The position numbers were made by a program, and so were the translations under genes. From assembly GCA_041658075.1 (NCBI GenBank), contig JBBAAW010000001.1, forward strand, positions 24,778 to 88,777: a stretch of DNA of 64,000 nt. Direction: 5' to 3'. Positions 60,734 through 64,000 of the stretch are shown here, piece after piece (within the stretch, counting starts at the first letter, position 1; every line of letters starts with the position of its first letter). Below the pieces are notes generated by a model. That model worked only from the letters and a program-made list of their open reading frames with translations. It was not told the DNA's origin and ran no database searches. Source of the stretch: Patescibacteria group bacterium (GTDB lineage: Bacteria > Patescibacteriota > WWE3 > UBA101185 > UBA10185).

Positions 60734-61222
60734 ATGGAATGTCATCTGGTTGTCCAGAAAATACGAGATTTATTGGAAAGCCGACAGATTAAATACGACT
60801 GTTTTGAACACGAGTCGGTACGTACCAGCGAGGAGGCGTCTAAGATTAGGTCGGGATATACTTTAAAACAGGGAGCCAAGGCTCTAGTGGTTAAGCTCTA
60901 TCTACGTGGTGGAGTAGAGAAGTTTGTGATGTTGGTGGTGCCGGGAGATGCAAAATTCGATAGCAAAAAAGTTAAAAAAATGTTTGACGCTAAAGATCTG
61001 CGGTTTGCCACGGAAAAAGAGGTTGGAGATATTACAGGCGGTGTGTTGGTGGGCGGGGTTCCGCCCTTTGGAAGTTTATTTGGTCTGCAAACTTATATAG
61101 ATCACGAAGTTGAGAAAAATGATCGGATAATTTTTAACGCGGGGGATAGAAGGGTTAGCGTTGCTCTTGCCATCAAAGATTACATATCCACTGAAAACCC
61201 TGTACCGGAGTCACTTGTCTAA
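60734..61222 (+). CDS. YbaK/ProX-like aminoacyl-tRNA deacylase, paralog 2
   Basis: GAKALVVK (catalytic Lys region), GGVPPFG (GxxP). 162 aa. Confidence 0.65.
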   Translation: MECHLVVQKIRDLLESRQIKYDCFEHESVRTSEEASKIRSGYTLKQGAKALVVKLYLRGGVEKFVMLVVPGDAKFDSKKVKKMFDAKDLRFATEKEVGDITGGVLVGGVPPFGSLFGLQTYIDHEVEKNDRIIFNAGDRRVSVALAIKDYISTENPVPESLV

Positions 61223-63879
61223 GCATGTTGAGTTTGAGGTTTAAACATTTTTGCCAAGTCGTAAATAACAGAAATTCCCAAACAAAATCCTGCTATCATA
61301 AGCCAATTTTTAATACCTATGGGTGCAGTTTCAAAAAATCCTGAAAGGGGTGTGTAGATTATTAAAAGTGTAGCAATAACGGATCCGATACCAGCCCAAA
61401 CCAAGGGCATGTTGACAAAAGGTGAACGGCTTAACACAGGTTTTCTAAACGACCTAAATGTAAATGCAGTAACTACCTCCACGCATATAAGTGCCGCGGT
61501 TACTGTAGTTGTGGCTTCCACTGCGGTTTGTTTCCAATGATTAAAGCTAAAGTAATTAGCTGTTAGAGCAAAGATTGACATCAGAATTCCGGCAAAGACA
61601 ATTGTTCCTACAGTGAATTTGTTTAGAATACTCTTTGCGTCATGTGGTTTGGCGAGCATTATATCGGGCGAGGTGGGGTTAAAACCTAACGTTATGGCAG
61701 GTATGCTGTCGGTTACCAGGTTCATAAACAGAATTTGAATGGCTGTCATTATTGGTACTTGCCAACCAAAGATAGGGGAAAGAATCACGCCAATAAATAA
61801 GATTACGAGTTCTGCAAAATTGCAGGCTAATTGGAAGGCCACGAACTTTTGAATGTTATTAAAAACTGATCGGCCCTCTTTAATGGCAGAGATTATTGTG
61901 GCAAAATTGTCGTCTTTTAGCGTTATGTCTGCAGCGGCGCGGGATACGTCTGTGCCATTTTTTCCCATAGCAATTCCCACGTGCGACTCTTTTAGCGCGG
62001 GTGCGTCGTTAACGCCATCACCCGTCATAGCCACGATGTGCCCCAATTGTTTTAGCGCTCTAACGATTCTAATCTTATGTTCCGGACGCACCCGCGCAAA
62101 AATTGCCACCGACTCTACCGCGCGCGCAAGTTCTGCGTCACTTAAGTCATCAATTTCCATACCTTCCAGCGCGCGTCCAGTCAAACCAACCTGCTTTCCT
62201 ATAGATACGGCTGTTTCAACATTGTCGCCGGTTATCATTTTTACGTCTATTCCCGCTACTCTGGCCGTTTCTATGGCTTTCCCTACCTCTTCTCGTGGGG
62301 GGTCCTCCAAGGCTAAAACTCCCAAAAATACCAGTTCATTTTCCTGGTAGGCCATGTTTTGTGAAACCACATTGTCGACTTTTTTATAAGCTAGCGCCAG
62401 CGTTCTATATGATCCGCGCGACATTTCGTTAACCAGCGTTTTTATAATATTCTTGTTCGACTCTGTGAGAGGGATTTCTTTACCGTCTTTTGCCAGGAGA
62501 GTGCTTTTTTGTAAAATAATCTCTGGGGCTCCTTTAGCGTAAATGAAGAAGTTACCAGTATTAACGTTTGCAAAGTTTCCTCTAGCTAATACCGACATCA
62601 TTTTCCGCTCCGAACTAAAAGGAATATCTTCTATCCGATCAGCGTTTAAATCCTCTTTATACACTCCAGCTTTGGCTGCTAAAACCAAAAGCGATCCTTC
62701 TGTGGGAGAGCCAACGACTTTTACTGTTGATCCGTTTTCCAACCTTTCTATCTTGGCATCGTTGCAAAGTACAGAGCAAAGCAGTAATTGCTGAAACTCG
62801 GGGGAGTTCGAGCGACCAGGCGTACCATCTCTGGGGACAATTTTTCCATTAGTATCAAATCCAGCCCCGCTTATGTCAAAAATATCATTGCCGCAAAAGA
62901 CCTGTTTGACTGTCATCTGTCCTGTAGTTATTGTGCCTGTTTTGTCACTACATATAACAGTTGTCTCTCCCAATGTTTCAATAACTCCCATTCTATTTAC
63001 TATGGCGTTTTGTTTGGCCATTCTTCCCGCTCCCACCGCCAAAGTTGTAGTTAATACCACAGGCAGCCCCTCCGGAAAAGATGATACAGACAGAGCTACA
63101 ACCAGAATTAAAATGTTGGTAATATTTATCCAATCTGTAGATGGGTTTCTGGTAAACATTAAGGCTCCGGTGGCAATAGATACAATTACTCCCACCACTA
63201 CCGTATATTTTCCAATGGAGTTAACCTGTTTTTGCAGAGTAAGTTCTTTTTCTGCGCCGGAGATTAGAGATGCGATTTTTCCAAATTTTGTATTCATTCC
63301 GGTATGAAGTATTTGCGCTATGCAATGTCCGCTTACAATAAAGGATCCCATGTAAACCATACTTTCCTCCCGACACTTTTCGGCATTTTCACAAATACCC
63401 TTTTCTACCTCCTTTGACTCTCCCGTTAGAATAGACTCGTTAACCAGTAGCGACTTTTGCTCAAGAACTGCACTATCGGCCGGAACCTTTTCCCCATTTC
63501 TCAAGAGCAGAATGTCGCCCGGTACCAAACTTATACTTTCCACTTGTTGCTCCCGCCCATCTCTGATAACCGTTGTGAATTGTGTGAGCATATTCTTTAA
63601 TGCCACAACAGCTTTCTCTGCTTTGTATTCTTGAATAAAACCAAAAACCACCACAACTATCACCACAGCAAAAAGTGTGTACATGGTTTCACTTTTTCCT
63701 ACAGCAAAGGAGATAACCGCTGATATCACTAATAGATAGATAATAAAGTTGCCCCTAATTTGTCTTAATAAAATTTTGAGAGGACTTGTTTTGTTTGACT
63801 CTTTTATTTGGTTTGGACCGTATTGGGCAAGCCTTTTTTGTGCCTCGCTTTGCGTGAGTCCTTTATAACCTTGGGACAT
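61219..63879 (-). CDS. Cation-transporting P-type ATPase (P2-type, Ca2+/Mg2+-ATPase-like)
   Basis: DKTGTIT phosphorylation motif, TGDGVNDAPALK hinge, TGES actuator region, 10 TM. 886 aa. Confidence 0.85.
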   Translation of the reverse strand: MSQGYKGLTQSEAQKRLAQYGPNQIKESNKTSPLKILLRQIRGNFIIYLLVISAVISFAVGKSETMYTLFAVVIVVVVFGFIQEYKAEKAVVALKNMLTQFTTVIRDGREQQVESISLVPGDILLLRNGEKVPADSAVLEQKSLLVNESILTGESKEVEKGICENAEKCREESMVYMGSFIVSGHCIAQILHTGMNTKFGKIASLISGAEKELTLQKQVNSIGKYTVVVGVIVSIATGALMFTRNPSTDWINITNILILVVALSVSSFPEGLPVVLTTTLAVGAGRMAKQNAIVNRMGVIETLGETTVICSDKTGTITTGQMTVKQVFCGNDIFDISGAGFDTNGKIVPRDGTPGRSNSPEFQQLLLCSVLCNDAKIERLENGSTVKVVGSPTEGSLLVLAAKAGVYKEDLNADRIEDIPFSSERKMMSVLARGNFANVNTGNFFIYAKGAPEIILQKSTLLAKDGKEIPLTESNKNIIKTLVNEMSRGSYRTLALAYKKVDNVVSQNMAYQENELVFLGVLALEDPPREEVGKAIETARVAGIDVKMITGDNVETAVSIGKQVGLTGRALEGMEIDDLSDAELARAVESVAIFARVRPEHKIRIVRALKQLGHIVAMTGDGVNDAPALKESHVGIAMGKNGTDVSRAAADITLKDDNFATIISAIKEGRSVFNNIQKFVAFQLACNFAELVILFIGVILSPIFGWQVPIMTAIQILFMNLVTDSIPAITLGFNPTSPDIMLAKPHDAKSILNKFTVGTIVFAGILMSIFALTANYFSFNHWKQTAVEATTTVTAALICVEVVTAFTFRSFRKPVLSRSPFVNMPLVWAGIGSVIATLLIIYTPLSGFFETAPIGIKNWLMIAGFCLGISVIYDLAKMFKPQTQHA

Positions 63880-64000
63880 GACCTCATTATACTTTAATTT
63901 ATCTTACAGCAAAGAACCTCTAGGCTATCGGTTCCATGCTCGCATTTGTTCTTGGATTCGTTCGGCAACGTAACCGCATGCTTCGAGAACTGTTTCCGCA

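Noticed and set aside
1-64000. CRISPR arrays, integrases, transposases, restriction-modification or other defence modules
   Set aside because: No regular short repeat-spacer arrays, no recombinase, nuclease or ATPase signature ORFs were seen in any frame. Repeats are limited to the two features reported: the 18-nt tRNA repeat and the ~65-nt imperfect repeat.

Overview
The window looks like a low-GC (~38-40%) bacterial chromosome segment with tightly packed, often overlapping genes and mostly weak Shine-Dalgarno sequences. That is compatible with a small-genome, Patescibacteria/CPR-like organism, but this is an inference. About 45 kb (1-45.7 kb, plus 51.5-53.5 kb) is one cell-surface glycan biosynthesis and glycosylation supercluster, almost entirely on the minus strand. 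It contains at least 7 GT4 and at least 8 GT2 (Dpm1/polyprenyl-phosphate type) glycosyltransferases. It also has 5-6 GT-C-fold membrane glycosyltransferases (PMT_2/ArnT-like paralogs, a DUF2079-like protein and a 1125-aa giant), two Wzx-like flippases and a UPF0104 membrane protein. A nucleotide-sugar tailoring module sits at 3.5-11.3 kb: GDP-mannose 4,6-dehydratase, a DegT aminotransferase, a split transketolase, an SDR epimerase/dehydratase, an AsnB-like amidotransferase and three SAM methyltransferases. Elsewhere in the cluster are UDP-glucose dehydrogenase, UDP-glucuronate decarboxylase and a class-B (B12-binding) radical SAM enzyme. The right part holds housekeeping genes (greA, lysS, serS, an HD protein, a spermidine-synthase-like gene) and tRNA-Ser(GCT) and tRNA-Pro(GGG). 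It also holds two YbaK-like deacylase paralogs, a TPR/TMTC-like membrane protein, an SGNH hydrolase next to a frameshifted acyltransferase-3 gene, an AOR-family oxidoreductase and a P-type ATPase. The features not explained by the annotation are four short GC-rich (~55-58%) patches in this AT-rich background. Three carry intact genes with their own canonical sigma70 promoters and strong SD sites. The fourth is a ~700-bp non-coding, highly structured region containing a ~65-nt imperfect direct repeat and an intrinsic terminator. An 18-nt exact direct repeat of the tRNA-Ser 3' end also brackets a ~620-bp mini-island carrying one of the YbaK-like genes.
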